Shown here piece by piece: positions 1 to 6,478 of a stretch of 32,000 nt of DNA (positions are counted from its first letter, which is position 1; every line of letters begins with the position of its first letter). Source of the DNA: Bifidobacterium longum subsp. longum JCM 1217 (lineage in GTDB: Bacteria > Actinomycetota > Actinomycetes > Actinomycetales > Bifidobacteriaceae); the NCBI RefSeq assembly GCF_000196555.1, contig NC_015067.1, positions 690,001 through 722,000 on the forward strand, read 5' to 3'. The notes beneath the pieces are model-generated. The model ran no database searches, was not told the origin of the DNA, and worked only from the letters and a program-made list of their open reading frames with translations. Position numbers and translations under genes: made by a program.

Positions 1-820
1 AGGATTCCCGGTCAAGCACTGTATCACGGGACGCCTTCTTGTCGAATATTTCCAGAATCGAATATGAGAAGTTTCGGATGATGTGCTCTGCCCCGTACTG
101 GTTCTTCAACTCGATCATCTCCTTGTTGCCGCCGGTCGGGTCGGAGAGGTTCGCGTAGGATGACCATCGTGTCCATAGGCCATCGGCGTCACTGGATGCG
201 CTCCCCACGTATAGCCGTCCTGTGCTCCGGTCTGTAATCACATATACCGCCTTTACGCTGGATAGAGCGTCATGCCATTCCGGTTCGTTGTGGTTGATGA
301 TGTCCTGTAACTCGCCGTGCGTGAGACACACGTGATCGTATCCGTTGAATGCTCCGAGCTTCGTCCGTGGCGAGATCTCATACACTTCAGGATCCAGTTG
401 CGCCTGTATATTCGCGTATTTGCGTAGATACAAATCACGCCCAATGGGTTTGTTGAGACGAATTACAAGTCTTTTCCGATATTCGGAATACTCATCCATT
501 AGAGTTAGCTCATATCCATATATGTTCCATTGTCCCGGGGCTGCATCTCGTACATGGTATAGACCGCCAAAGATGAAGTACTCTGGCCCATATCGATAGT
601 ATTGGGCGAACGCGAACAAGTACTTCCTGCCTCCCATATTGCCGTTTGGTTGCTTGGTTTTCCAGGCGTTCATGATCAGCCAATCCGGGTCGTCATGTAG
701 CAATAGATTCCATGCTGGTCGTGACCGGTCGTTCGGGTTCATGTTGAACTTAATCTTTGCCTGATCTGGTTTGTCGAAGTGGAACAGATCAGTGAGTTTT
801 ATTGGCATTTGCTCTGTCAT
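1..820 (-). CDS. GIY-YIG nuclease family protein: unassigned ~190-aa N-terminal domain plus C-terminal GIY-YIG domain; partial, C-terminus lies beyond the window edge
   Basis: Missing from the ORF track only because it has no stop inside the window. I read the minus-strand frame codon by codon from nt 829 to nt 2 and found no stop. An in-frame TAG at 830-832 closes it upstream. Start candidates are ATG 826, 820 and 808; AGGAG (827-831, minus) sits 6 nt from ATG 820. Translation begins MKMTEQMPIKLTDLFHFDKPDQAKIKFNMNPND. The C-terminal part has GIY-YIG signatures KAVYVITDRSTGRLYVGSA, GLWTRWSSYA, GGNKEM and NFSYSILEIFD. The gene is visibly more AT-rich than the core genes. Confidence 0.8.
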   Translation of the reverse strand, partial: MTEQMPIKLTDLFHFDKPDQAKIKFNMNPNDRSRPAWNLLLHDDPDWLIMNAWKTKQPNGNMGGRKYLFAFAQYYRYGPEYFIFGGLYHVRDAAPGQWNIYGYELTLMDEYSEYRKRLVIRLNKPIGRDLYLRKYANIQAQLDPEVYEISPRTKLGAFNGYDHVCLTHGELQDIINHNEPEWHDALSSVKAVYVITDRSTGRLYVGSASSDADGLWTRWSSYANLSDPTGGNKEMIELKNQYGAEHIIRNFSYSILEIFDKKASRDTVLDRES

Positions 821-905
821 TTTCATCTCCTAAGGTAACGTTTGAACTTTTCGTTTGTTGCAGAGTGCGCTACCGCGCCAGTTATAAAAGAAAACGTGAG
901 TCTCT

Positions 906-1439
906 CTACCTGAGTATTTCGTAAATGAATCCGTCGTGTAGCTTGACGGCGATCTTGTCGTAGCGGGAGTCATCGGGGTGCTCTTCCATCGCATCGTGGG
1001 CGGCGCACAGTCGTTGGATGTCGCCACCGATCAGGTTCCGTTTGCTGAAGAGGTCACTGGCGTGCTTATGCATTGCCTTGGCGACGCTGTTCTTGCTGTC
1101 TCCTTGGTGGATTGCCCATGCGGCGACTACCGCCAGTTCATGGTCGAGGGCTTTCTTGAGTTCCGATATCAGCAGCACTTGGGCGACGTGATGGCATAGT
1201 CCGTTGTCGTACTCCGGAGACAGGGGCATCACTATGCGGCCGTTCTCTCGTTGTATTGGCATGACAGCCGTCTCTGCTTCCAGCTGTTTGGCTAAATCAG
1301 TGGACGCTTCATCGACTTGGTCGAGAAGATCGAGAACCATGTTGTGCATGAGTTTGCTGTAATAGGCGCTGTTCTCGATTTCCTTGAGAACTCGCATGTT
1401 ATCTCGCGTGTGTTTCTGCGGTGATTCCAGCCGTGCCAT
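906..1439 (-). CDS. hypothetical 177-aa protein, first gene of the operon containing the GIY-YIG nuclease gene
   Basis: ORF track 906..1439. GGAGAAGGGA lies a few nt upstream of the ATG. It is co-oriented with the nuclease gene, about 85 nt upstream of it. Composition looks helical and acidic (DLLDQVDEASTDLAKQLEAE). I recognise no family motif; only a weak R-x4-H string (RLCAAH) is present. Confidence 0.6.
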   Translation of the reverse strand: MARLESPQKHTRDNMRVLKEIENSAYYSKLMHNMVLDLLDQVDEASTDLAKQLEAETAVMPIQRENGRIVMPLSPEYDNGLCHHVAQVLLISELKKALDHELAVVAAWAIHQGDSKNSVAKAMHKHASDLFSKRNLIGGDIQRLCAAHDAMEEHPDDSRYDKIAVKLHDGFIYEILR

Positions 1440-1507
1440 AGGAGTCCCTTCTCCAGAACAATTCTATATGAATATGGTACCCAGAAAAACTTTGGGGAAT
1501 TAGCTGA

Positions 1508-1532
1508 TTGACGAAAGGATGGACATCGTCAA
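1508..1532. promoter_or_regulatory. 7-bp inverted repeat TTGACGA-n11-TCGTCAA in the divergent intergenic region; candidate operator
   Basis: The perfect inverted repeat was read directly at 1508-1514 and 1526-1532. It lies in the 138-bp gap between the divergent cargo operon and the pra-like/RHH/tra operon. Its function is inferred only. Confidence 0.25.
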
Positions 1533-1577
1533 GGGAGCGCACAGAGCGATCCCGAAAACCAGAAAGGCGGCGGTCAT

Positions 1578-1976
1578 ATGCCACGCAGGAAAAGCTATAC
1601 AACTGTCGAAGGATTTCAGAGCCTTGATCAGCATCTCATTGCCCAGCAGATGATTCCCCTGAGGGTTGATGCGAAGCAGGGCGATTGGGATGCCGAGACC
1701 AAAACCAATGCGCAGAAGACCAATGCGGACGGCGTACCCCAGTGGCTGATCCAGACCTTGTTCCAGCCAATCGACGGTGATGCAGAGCATGTGCCCGAGG
1801 TCGTGCCCGTTACCGTGACGGCCAAGGTGAAACCCGTCATCCGTGTGGGGGCTCCGGTGGAATTTGTTGGATTCGGCGCATGGGTTTACGTCTCCCACGA
1901 CAAGACTACGAAGCAGGTCACGTCGGTGAGGCGCAGCTTCATGGCCGCCGGGTTCAAACAGAACGGTGGTGAATGA
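1578..1976 (+). CDS. AICE Pra-like protein (plasmid replication/integration/excision activator-like), tentative
   Basis: ORF track 132 aa. The sequence pattern DGVPQWLIQTL...VPVTVTAKVKPV...GAPVEFVGFGAWVYV resembles, from memory, small actinobacterial Pra-family proteins encoded next to tra/rep genes. The start could instead be the internal ATG at 1650. The stop overlaps the next ORF's start (ATGA). Confidence 0.45.
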   Translation: MPRRKSYTTVEGFQSLDQHLIAQQMIPLRVDAKQGDWDAETKTNAQKTNADGVPQWLIQTLFQPIDGDAEHVPEVVPVTVTAKVKPVIRVGAPVEFVGFGAWVYVSHDKTTKQVTSVRRSFMAAGFKQNGGE

Positions 1977-2146
1977 TGATGGGGCGTAAGACCAGTATCA
2001 CGGTCCGTATCCCCATTGACCTGCTGGACCGGTTGGACGCGTACGGGGAATCCGAATTCGGTCGTCGTTTTGATCGGAGCATGTTCGTCGTGGAAGCGGT
2101 AATGGATCGGCTGAATAATATCACGGAAGGAATCCATCATGGGTGA
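1973..2146 (+). CDS. ribbon-helix-helix (CopG/Arc-type) DNA-binding protein, 57 aa
   Basis: Below the ORF-track size cut-off; translated by hand as MMMGRKTSITVRIPIDLLDRLDAYGESEFGRRFDRSMFVVEAVMDRLNNITEGIHHG*. ITVRIPIDLLDRLD followed by two helices is the classic RHH layout. Its start overlaps the previous stop (ATGA at 1973-1976). Its stop (2144-2146) overlaps the tra ATG (2139) by 8 nt. Confidence 0.65.
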   Translation: MMMGRKTSITVRIPIDLLDRLDAYGESEFGRRFDRSMFVVEAVMDRLNNITEGIHHG

Positions 2147-3245
2147 CGTGTTGTTCTGGCCGGCGCTGACTTTGATTGTCTGCGTCGCGGCCGTGGTCTT
2201 TATCTTGGTCGTGCGGTTGCGGAAACTGCGCCATACGATTGAGCATCACATGCCTGAAGCGGTCGTGCGCCGCGATGGTTGGGGCTGTCGCGCGATTGCC
2301 CTACCCGGCCGTCGGATCTGGCTGGTGCCGACCGACATCGCCGAGCAGCAGGCGATGGACGCGTTGAAGGAGACGGCGAAGGCGTACCCCGGCTGGATCC
2401 CCTCGCATCGGATGATGGGACGTGGTACGCGGGCATACTGGTTGCTGTCCGTCCGCCGTCCGGTGCGGAAGATAATCCGTCGCGAAGATATACCGGCGGA
2501 GAAGGATCCGGCCCATTACGTCTGTATCGGTCTCAACTTATCTCGCAAGCCGGTCATGATCCGTAGCGACGCGCACACACTGGTCATCGGCTTGACAGGC
2601 AGTGGCAAGGGCAGCATCATGGCGACTTACGTCGACGGACTTTCGCAGCTGTATGAAGACGGCCTCGTCCAGTTCTGGGGCATCGACCTCAAAGGCGGCG
2701 TCGAAATGTCGGTGTACGGCACTCTCTTTGATTCCCACCACGCCTATACGCTCGACGACGCCGTCGCTCTCCTGCAAGATCTGTCTACCGAATGCGACCA
2801 CAGAATGGACAGTCTGCGTGGGCGCGCGCGGGAGCTGCCGCCGACGCCCGAGTATCCACGAATCGTCCTGCTGATCGATGAAGCCGCCGAGCTACACGGC
2901 AAGGCAGATAGGAAGAAGAGCGAATTGGTCACGCGCTTGCTGGACTCGATCCTCAGACGTGGGCGTGCGCTCGGCATCGTCGTCGTGGCGCTCAGTCAGG
3001 ATCCACGTGTCGAATCCGTCCCGCTGCGGGCACGGTTCCCGCAGCGCATCGCCCTCCGGTTGAACAGCGAGGAGGAAACCGCCATGTTGCTCGGCAAGGA
3101 GGCGATAGATAGGGGAGCGGCACCTTGGCTGATCGCTCCCAACCAGCAGGGATCCGGATTCGTCTGGAACCAAAACATGGGAACAATCGACTATTTCAGG
3201 GCGCCGTGGTATGGCGACGACGACCTGATGGAACTGGGCGCGTAG
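2139..3245 (+). CDS. FtsK/SpoIIIE-family DNA translocase (TraSA/TraB-type conjugative transfer protein)
   Basis: N-terminal TM segment VLFWPALTLIVCVAAVVFILVV, Walker A GLTGSGKGS and Walker B VLLIDEAAEL. A size of about 370 aa with a single TM is typical of AICE transfer ATPases. Confidence 0.85.
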   Translation: MGDVLFWPALTLIVCVAAVVFILVVRLRKLRHTIEHHMPEAVVRRDGWGCRAIALPGRRIWLVPTDIAEQQAMDALKETAKAYPGWIPSHRMMGRGTRAYWLLSVRRPVRKIIRREDIPAEKDPAHYVCIGLNLSRKPVMIRSDAHTLVIGLTGSGKGSIMATYVDGLSQLYEDGLVQFWGIDLKGGVEMSVYGTLFDSHHAYTLDDAVALLQDLSTECDHRMDSLRGRARELPPTPEYPRIVLLIDEAAELHGKADRKKSELVTRLLDSILRRGRALGIVVVALSQDPRVESVPLRARFPQRIALRLNSEEETAMLLGKEAIDRGAAPWLIAPNQQGSGFVWNQNMGTIDYFRAPWYGDDDLMELGA

Positions 3246-3252
3246 GCGCTGT

Positions 3253-3299
3253 GAGAACCCCGCCGTCGGAGCGATGCTCGCGCAGGCGGCGGGGTTCTC
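3253..3299 (+). other. 13-bp-stem hairpin between tra and rep (terminator and/or rep-proximal origin structure)
   Basis: GAGAACCCCGCCG (3253-3265) pairs perfectly with CGGCGGGGTTCTC (3287-3299). The loop holds a small GAGC-GAT-GCTC hairpin. No T-tract follows, so it is not a classic intrinsic terminator. Confidence 0.4.
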
Positions 3300-3384
3300 T
3301 ATACCCAAAATTCGGTCATTGAAGCCCGGCTGCTCTTGATTATTAGATCCAAATCTCACCGAATACCCTGAAAGGAGGTGCATT

Positions 3385-4635
3385 ATGCCCCGGATAACCG
3401 TCCGCCGACACGGCGCAAGCGCATCCATTCCACACGTCGGGGTGCATAATGGCACACTCCAATCAGACCCCACAAGGACGGCGAACAGGGGATGGACTCC
3501 CGCCGTCGCCCGGCGGAATGCGCAATTCCTCCAGCGGGTGGATTTCGGCATGATGGAAGGCATACCGTATGCGCTGACGTTGACGTTGCCGGCCAAAAGC
3601 ATGGAACGTGTGACGCCCGACTTACTGCACCGCCTCATCGACGTCATGCTCAAATACCTTGCCAGAAGGGGAATGAAGCACTTCCACTGGGTCATTGAGT
3701 TCACCGCCAAGCACATGCCCCACGTGCATATGACCGTCTGGATGTCCGATACGCACCAGCGGTGGAATCCGAAAACCCATCAGCACGAAACCGTGGACAA
3801 CGACCTTGTTACGGTTACCGGCATCGTTGTCGGCAAGTGGCTGGATGTGACAGCCGACTGTGGGATACATACCTCCGGACAATCGCAGGACGTGCAACTG
3901 TTGGACGGCAACGCTGCATGGCTTTCATATGTCGCCAAGCACACTCAACGCGGAGTCTGGCACTATCAGAGGGCGTTGGAGAACATGCCTTCCACGTGGA
4001 AGGAGAACCCGGGCGCGATGTGGGGACACTCCCGGAAAATTCCTCTGACCGAGGACTCCGTTCTTCCCGCCGATCTGCATGCCTTTCATCAATTCCGTCG
4101 TGAAACCCGGAAATGGTGTTGTTCGCAGGCCTCACGGATAGCTGACCCGAAACGTCGGGCAAAGGCCATCCAGCAAGCGCGGCGCATGAACCGATGCCCG
4201 ATACGGGAACTGTCCGTTGTGCGTCCGATCTCGATATGGATTCCGCGAACGGTGTCAGCGGCGATCATTAGAGGATTGCGGTCGCGCGGATACATGATCG
4301 GTCGTGACGTTTACGAATGGGTGATATCAGAAATGGATCGATTGCGTGCGACCGGTGACGATCCTGACCGGATGCGGGCGCTCCAACGGACATTTGCGGA
4401 AATGATGCGGGGGGTGAACATCATGGCGATCGTCATCCCCGAAATCCCACTCAAGGACAAGCTCACGCTCACGGTGCCGGAGGCGTCGGCCCTTTCCGGC
4501 ATCCCATACAAGATCGTCAACGCCGCCGTCAAGAACGGCAACCTCGCCGCATGCTACGCCGGCAGCTCCACCGTCCGGATCCGACGTTCCGACCTCGACG
4601 ACTGGGTGGCGGCCTTGCCATCCGACTGGTGTTGA
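3385..4635 (+). CDS. HUH rolling-circle replication initiator (RepSA-like) with in-frame C-terminal excisionase/MerR-type HTH domain
   Basis: Strong RBS AAGGAGGTG upstream of ATG 3385. The HUH motif PHVHMTVW is at nt 3721-3729. The catalytic-Tyr context AWLSYVAKHTQRG has Tyr at 3928-3930. The last 70 aa (from ATG 4423) read MAIVIPEIPLKDKLTLTVPEASALSGIPYKIVNAAVKNGNLAACYAGSSTVRIRRSDLDDWVAAL, a typical Xis-type HTH. Confidence 0.8.
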   Translation: MPRITVRRHGASASIPHVGVHNGTLQSDPTRTANRGWTPAVARRNAQFLQRVDFGMMEGIPYALTLTLPAKSMERVTPDLLHRLIDVMLKYLARRGMKHFHWVIEFTAKHMPHVHMTVWMSDTHQRWNPKTHQHETVDNDLVTVTGIVVGKWLDVTADCGIHTSGQSQDVQLLDGNAAWLSYVAKHTQRGVWHYQRALENMPSTWKENPGAMWGHSRKIPLTEDSVLPADLHAFHQFRRETRKWCCSQASRIADPKRRAKAIQQARRMNRCPIRELSVVRPISIWIPRTVSAAIIRGLRSRGYMIGRDVYEWVISEMDRLRATGDDPDRMRALQRTFAEMMRGVNIMAIVIPEIPLKDKLTLTVPEASALSGIPYKIVNAAVKNGNLAACYAGSSTVRIRRSDLDDWVAALPSDWC

Positions 4636-4644
4636 AACACAAGA

Positions 4645-4668
4645 AGACCCCGGAGAAATCCGGGGTCT
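4645..4668 (+). terminator. intrinsic terminator after rep
   Basis: AGACCCCGGA-GAAA-TCCGGGGTCT is a perfect 10-bp stem, followed by CTTTGT. T-rich sequence also follows it on the opposite strand. Confidence 0.7.
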
Positions 4669-4681
4669 CTTTGTATGCCAA

Positions 4682-4701
4682 TTGGCTACCGTTTGGCTAC
4701 C
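4682..4701. repeat. direct repeat TTGGCTACC x2 (11-bp period) at the element/chromosome junction
   Basis: Read directly at 4682-4690 and 4693-4701, between the rep terminator and the glnA terminator hairpin. Its function (att core or recombinase arm site) is not established. Confidence 0.3.
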
Positions 4702-4714
4702 CTTAGAATCAAGA

Positions 4715-4743
4715 ATGGCTCAATTCCATGGAAAATTAGCCAT
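4715..4743 (-). terminator. candidate glnA terminator hairpin
   Basis: ATGGCT (4715-4720) pairs with AGCCAT (4738-4743), enclosing the palindrome TTCCATGGAA. It starts 6 nt downstream of the glnA stop on the minus strand and is followed there by TCTTGATTCT. Confidence 0.35.
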
Positions 4744-4748
4744 ACGGG

Positions 4749-6185
4749 TCAGATGTGGAAGTAGAGCTCGTACTCGAGCGGGGTCGGGGCCAGGCGAGCC
4801 TGGTCGATCTCGTCGCGCTTGAGGCCAATCCAGGTCTCGATCAGGTCGTCGGTGAACACGTCGCCGGCGGTGAGGAAGTCGTGGTCCTCTTCCAGGGCGT
4901 CCATAGCCTCAGCCAGGGAGCTCGGCACCTGCTTGATGCCGGCGTGCTCTTCCGGCGGCAGCTCGTAGAGGTCCTTGTCGACCGGCTCCGGAGGCTCGAT
5001 GTGGTTCAGGATGCCGTCCAGGCCAGCCATCAGCTGAGCGGAGAAGGCCAGGAACGGGTTGCAGGACGGATCCGGAGCACGGAACTCGATGCGCTTGGCA
5101 GCCGGGGAGGTGCCGGCCAGCGGAATACGGATGGCGGCAGAACGGTTACGAGCGGAGTACACCAGGTTGACCGGAGCCTCGAAGCCCGGAACCAGACGGT
5201 GGTAGGAGTTCAGGGACGGGTTGGTGAAGGCCAGCACGGAGGAGGAGTGCTTGATCAGACCGCCGATGTACCAGCGAGCCAGATCGGACAGGCCAGCGTA
5301 GCCCTTCTCGTCGTAGAACAGCGGCTTGCCGTCCTTCCACAGGGACTGGTGGCAGTGCATACCAGTGCCGTTGTCGCCAGCGATCGGCTTCGGCATGAAG
5401 GTCGCAGCCTTGCCGGCCAGAGCGGCGGTCTCGTGGACGACGTACTTGTACTTCATCAGGTCATCGCCTGCGTGCTGCAGGGTGTTGAAGCGGTAGTTGA
5501 TCTCCTGCTGACCAGCGCCGGCCACCTCGTGGTGGGAACGCTCGAGAATCAGGCCGACCTTCTGCAGGTTGGCGACCATATCGTCGCGCAGGTCCTGAGT
5601 GTGGTCAATCGGCGGAACCGGGAAGTAGCCCTTCTTGACGCGGTTCTTGAAACCGATGTTCGGGGTGCCGTCTTCCTCAACGTCAACACCGGAGTTCCAC
5701 GGAGCTTCGATGGAGTCGACCTCGTAGAAGGAGCGGTTCATGCCGTTCTCGAAGCGGACCTTGTCGAAGATGAAGAACTCGGCCTCAGGAGCGAAGGAGG
5801 CGGTGTCGGCGATACCGGTGGACTTCAGGTAGGCCTCGGCCTTGCCAGCAACCTGACGCGGGTCGCGGGAGTACGGCTCGTCGGTCAGCGGGTCGACGAT
5901 GGAGAAGGCCACGTCAAGGGTCTTGTGCTTGCGGAACGGGTCAATGAAAGCGGTCTCAACGTCCGGGACCAGCTTCATGTCGGACTCGTTGATGGCTTGG
6001 AAGCCCTGAACGGAGGAACCATCGAACGGCATGCCGTCGGTGAAAGCGTCCTTCAGGAATTCGCTAGCCGGCACGGTGAAGTGCTGCTGAACGCCGATAA
6101 GATCGGTGAAACGGACGGAGACATACTCGATGCCTTCCTTGTTGATAAGGGCCTCGGCGTCTTCCTTGGACTTGAGTTCGGTCAC
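4749..6185 (-). CDS. glnA: glutamine synthetase, type I
   Basis: The 478-aa ORF has GSI hallmarks along its length ([47 protein letters not shown]). The adenylylation-loop Tyr context [10 protein letters not shown] is present. Confidence 0.97.
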   Translation of the reverse strand: MTELKSKEDAEALINKEGIEYVSVRFTDLIGVQQHFTVPASEFLKDAFTDGMPFDGSSVQGFQAINESDMKLVPDVETAFIDPFRKHKTLDVAFSIVDPLTDEPYSRDPRQVAGKAEAYLKSTGIADTASFAPEAEFFIFDKVRFENGMNRSFYEVDSIEAPWNSGVDVEEDGTPNIGFKNRVKKGYFPVPPIDHTQDLRDDMVANLQKVGLILERSHHEVAGAGQQEINYRFNTLQHAGDDLMKYKYVVHETAALAGKAATFMPKPIAGDNGTGMHCHQSLWKDGKPLFYDEKGYAGLSDLARWYIGGLIKHSSSVLAFTNPSLNSYHRLVPGFEAPVNLVYSARNRSAAIRIPLAGTSPAAKRIEFRAPDPSCNPFLAFSAQLMAGLDGILNHIEPPEPVDKDLYELPPEEHAGIKQVPSSLAEAMDALEEDHDFLTAGDVFTDDLIETWIGLKRDEIDQARLAPTPLEYELYFHI

Positions 6186-6236
6186 GGGACCGCTCCTTTC
6201 GTATGAAATATAACGGTATCTATCGTAAAATCGAGC

Positions 6237-6338
6237 GTTTCGCCGGCTCGAAACTTGGGTTACGAGAATGTTTCGTGACTGTGGCCGACAATCGCGCAGG
6301 CGCGTTATTTCAACGAAACATCATTACAGAATGGAAAC
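6237..6338 (-). promoter_or_regulatory. glnA upstream region with clustered GAAAC/GTTTC and GTnAC pentamers (candidate GlnR boxes)
   Basis: GTTTC 6237-6241, GAAAC 6250-6254, GTTAC 6259-6263, GTTTC 6270-6274, GTGAC 6275-6279, GAAAC 6315-6319 and GAAAC 6334-6338. These match the two half-site types of the actinobacterial GlnR box (gTnAc / GaAAc). Confidence 0.35.
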
Positions 6339-6441
6339 GGAGGCTATCGGGGGAGTGGGTAGAGGTGTCCGCAACGTGGACAGTGGATATTGACAGGTGA
6401 CGTAGGTGGATGTATGTGGACGCGATTATGAGACATATGAC

Positions 6442-6478
6442 GAAGCCCCGGAACCGATTGAACGGATTCCGGGGCTTC
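6442..6478 (-). terminator. hairpin downstream of the DUF4191 gene
   Basis: GAAGCCCCGGAA (6442-6453) pairs with TTCCGGGGCTTC (6467-6478), a 12-bp perfect stem 27 nt after the stop at 6505. The T-tail is weak. Confidence 0.45.

Larger units (their letters stand above)
1..4701. mobile_element. AICE-like integrated conjugative/replicative element, right-hand portion; left end outside the window
   Basis: A Pra-like protein, an RHH protein, a single FtsK-type translocase and a HUH Rep with a Xis-like HTH are the hallmark AICE modules. An AT-richer cargo operon accompanies them. There is an abrupt switch to conserved core genes at glnA. The exact right boundary is not determined; it lies somewhere in 4669-4714. 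Confidence 0.7.

Noticed and set aside
906-1439. I asked whether the 177-aa protein is a HEPN-domain protein, based on the RLCAAH (R-x4-H) string.
   Set aside because: A six-residue pattern with a non-polar second position is expected by chance, and no other HEPN features can be verified by eye. I kept it only as something to test by profile or structure search.
2892-3716. A 274-aa minus-strand ORF bridges the tra and rep genes. Other 60-140-aa ORFs are scattered inside the element and in the core genes.
   Set aside because: They overlap better-supported genes on the opposite strand or in other frames, cross the 3253-3299 hairpin, and lack motifs and an RBS.
4646-4667. The hairpin arms GACCCCGGA/TCCGGGGTC resemble the 8-bp TraB recognition sequence GACCCGGA known from Streptomyces plasmids, raising the idea of a clt.
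   Set aside because: There is a single inverted pair with one extra base. A similar GC-rich CCCCGGAA hairpin occurs outside the element (6442-6478). Scanning the element by eye, I saw no array of further copies. It is most simply a terminator, and the resemblance may be chance.
4636-4748. I looked for a tRNA or tmRNA 3' end as the integration target at the element boundary.
   Set aside because: I found no acceptor or T-arm-like sequence (no GGTTCGAATCC-type motif, no CCA-proximal stem). The interval holds only two hairpins and the TTGGCTACC repeat.
4755-6206. A 483-aa plus-strand ORF covers glnA in antisense.
   Set aside because: This is the same GC-bias artefact. glnA on the minus strand has unambiguous GSI motifs, and the antisense product is a V/G/L/A/D-rich string with no recognisable domain.
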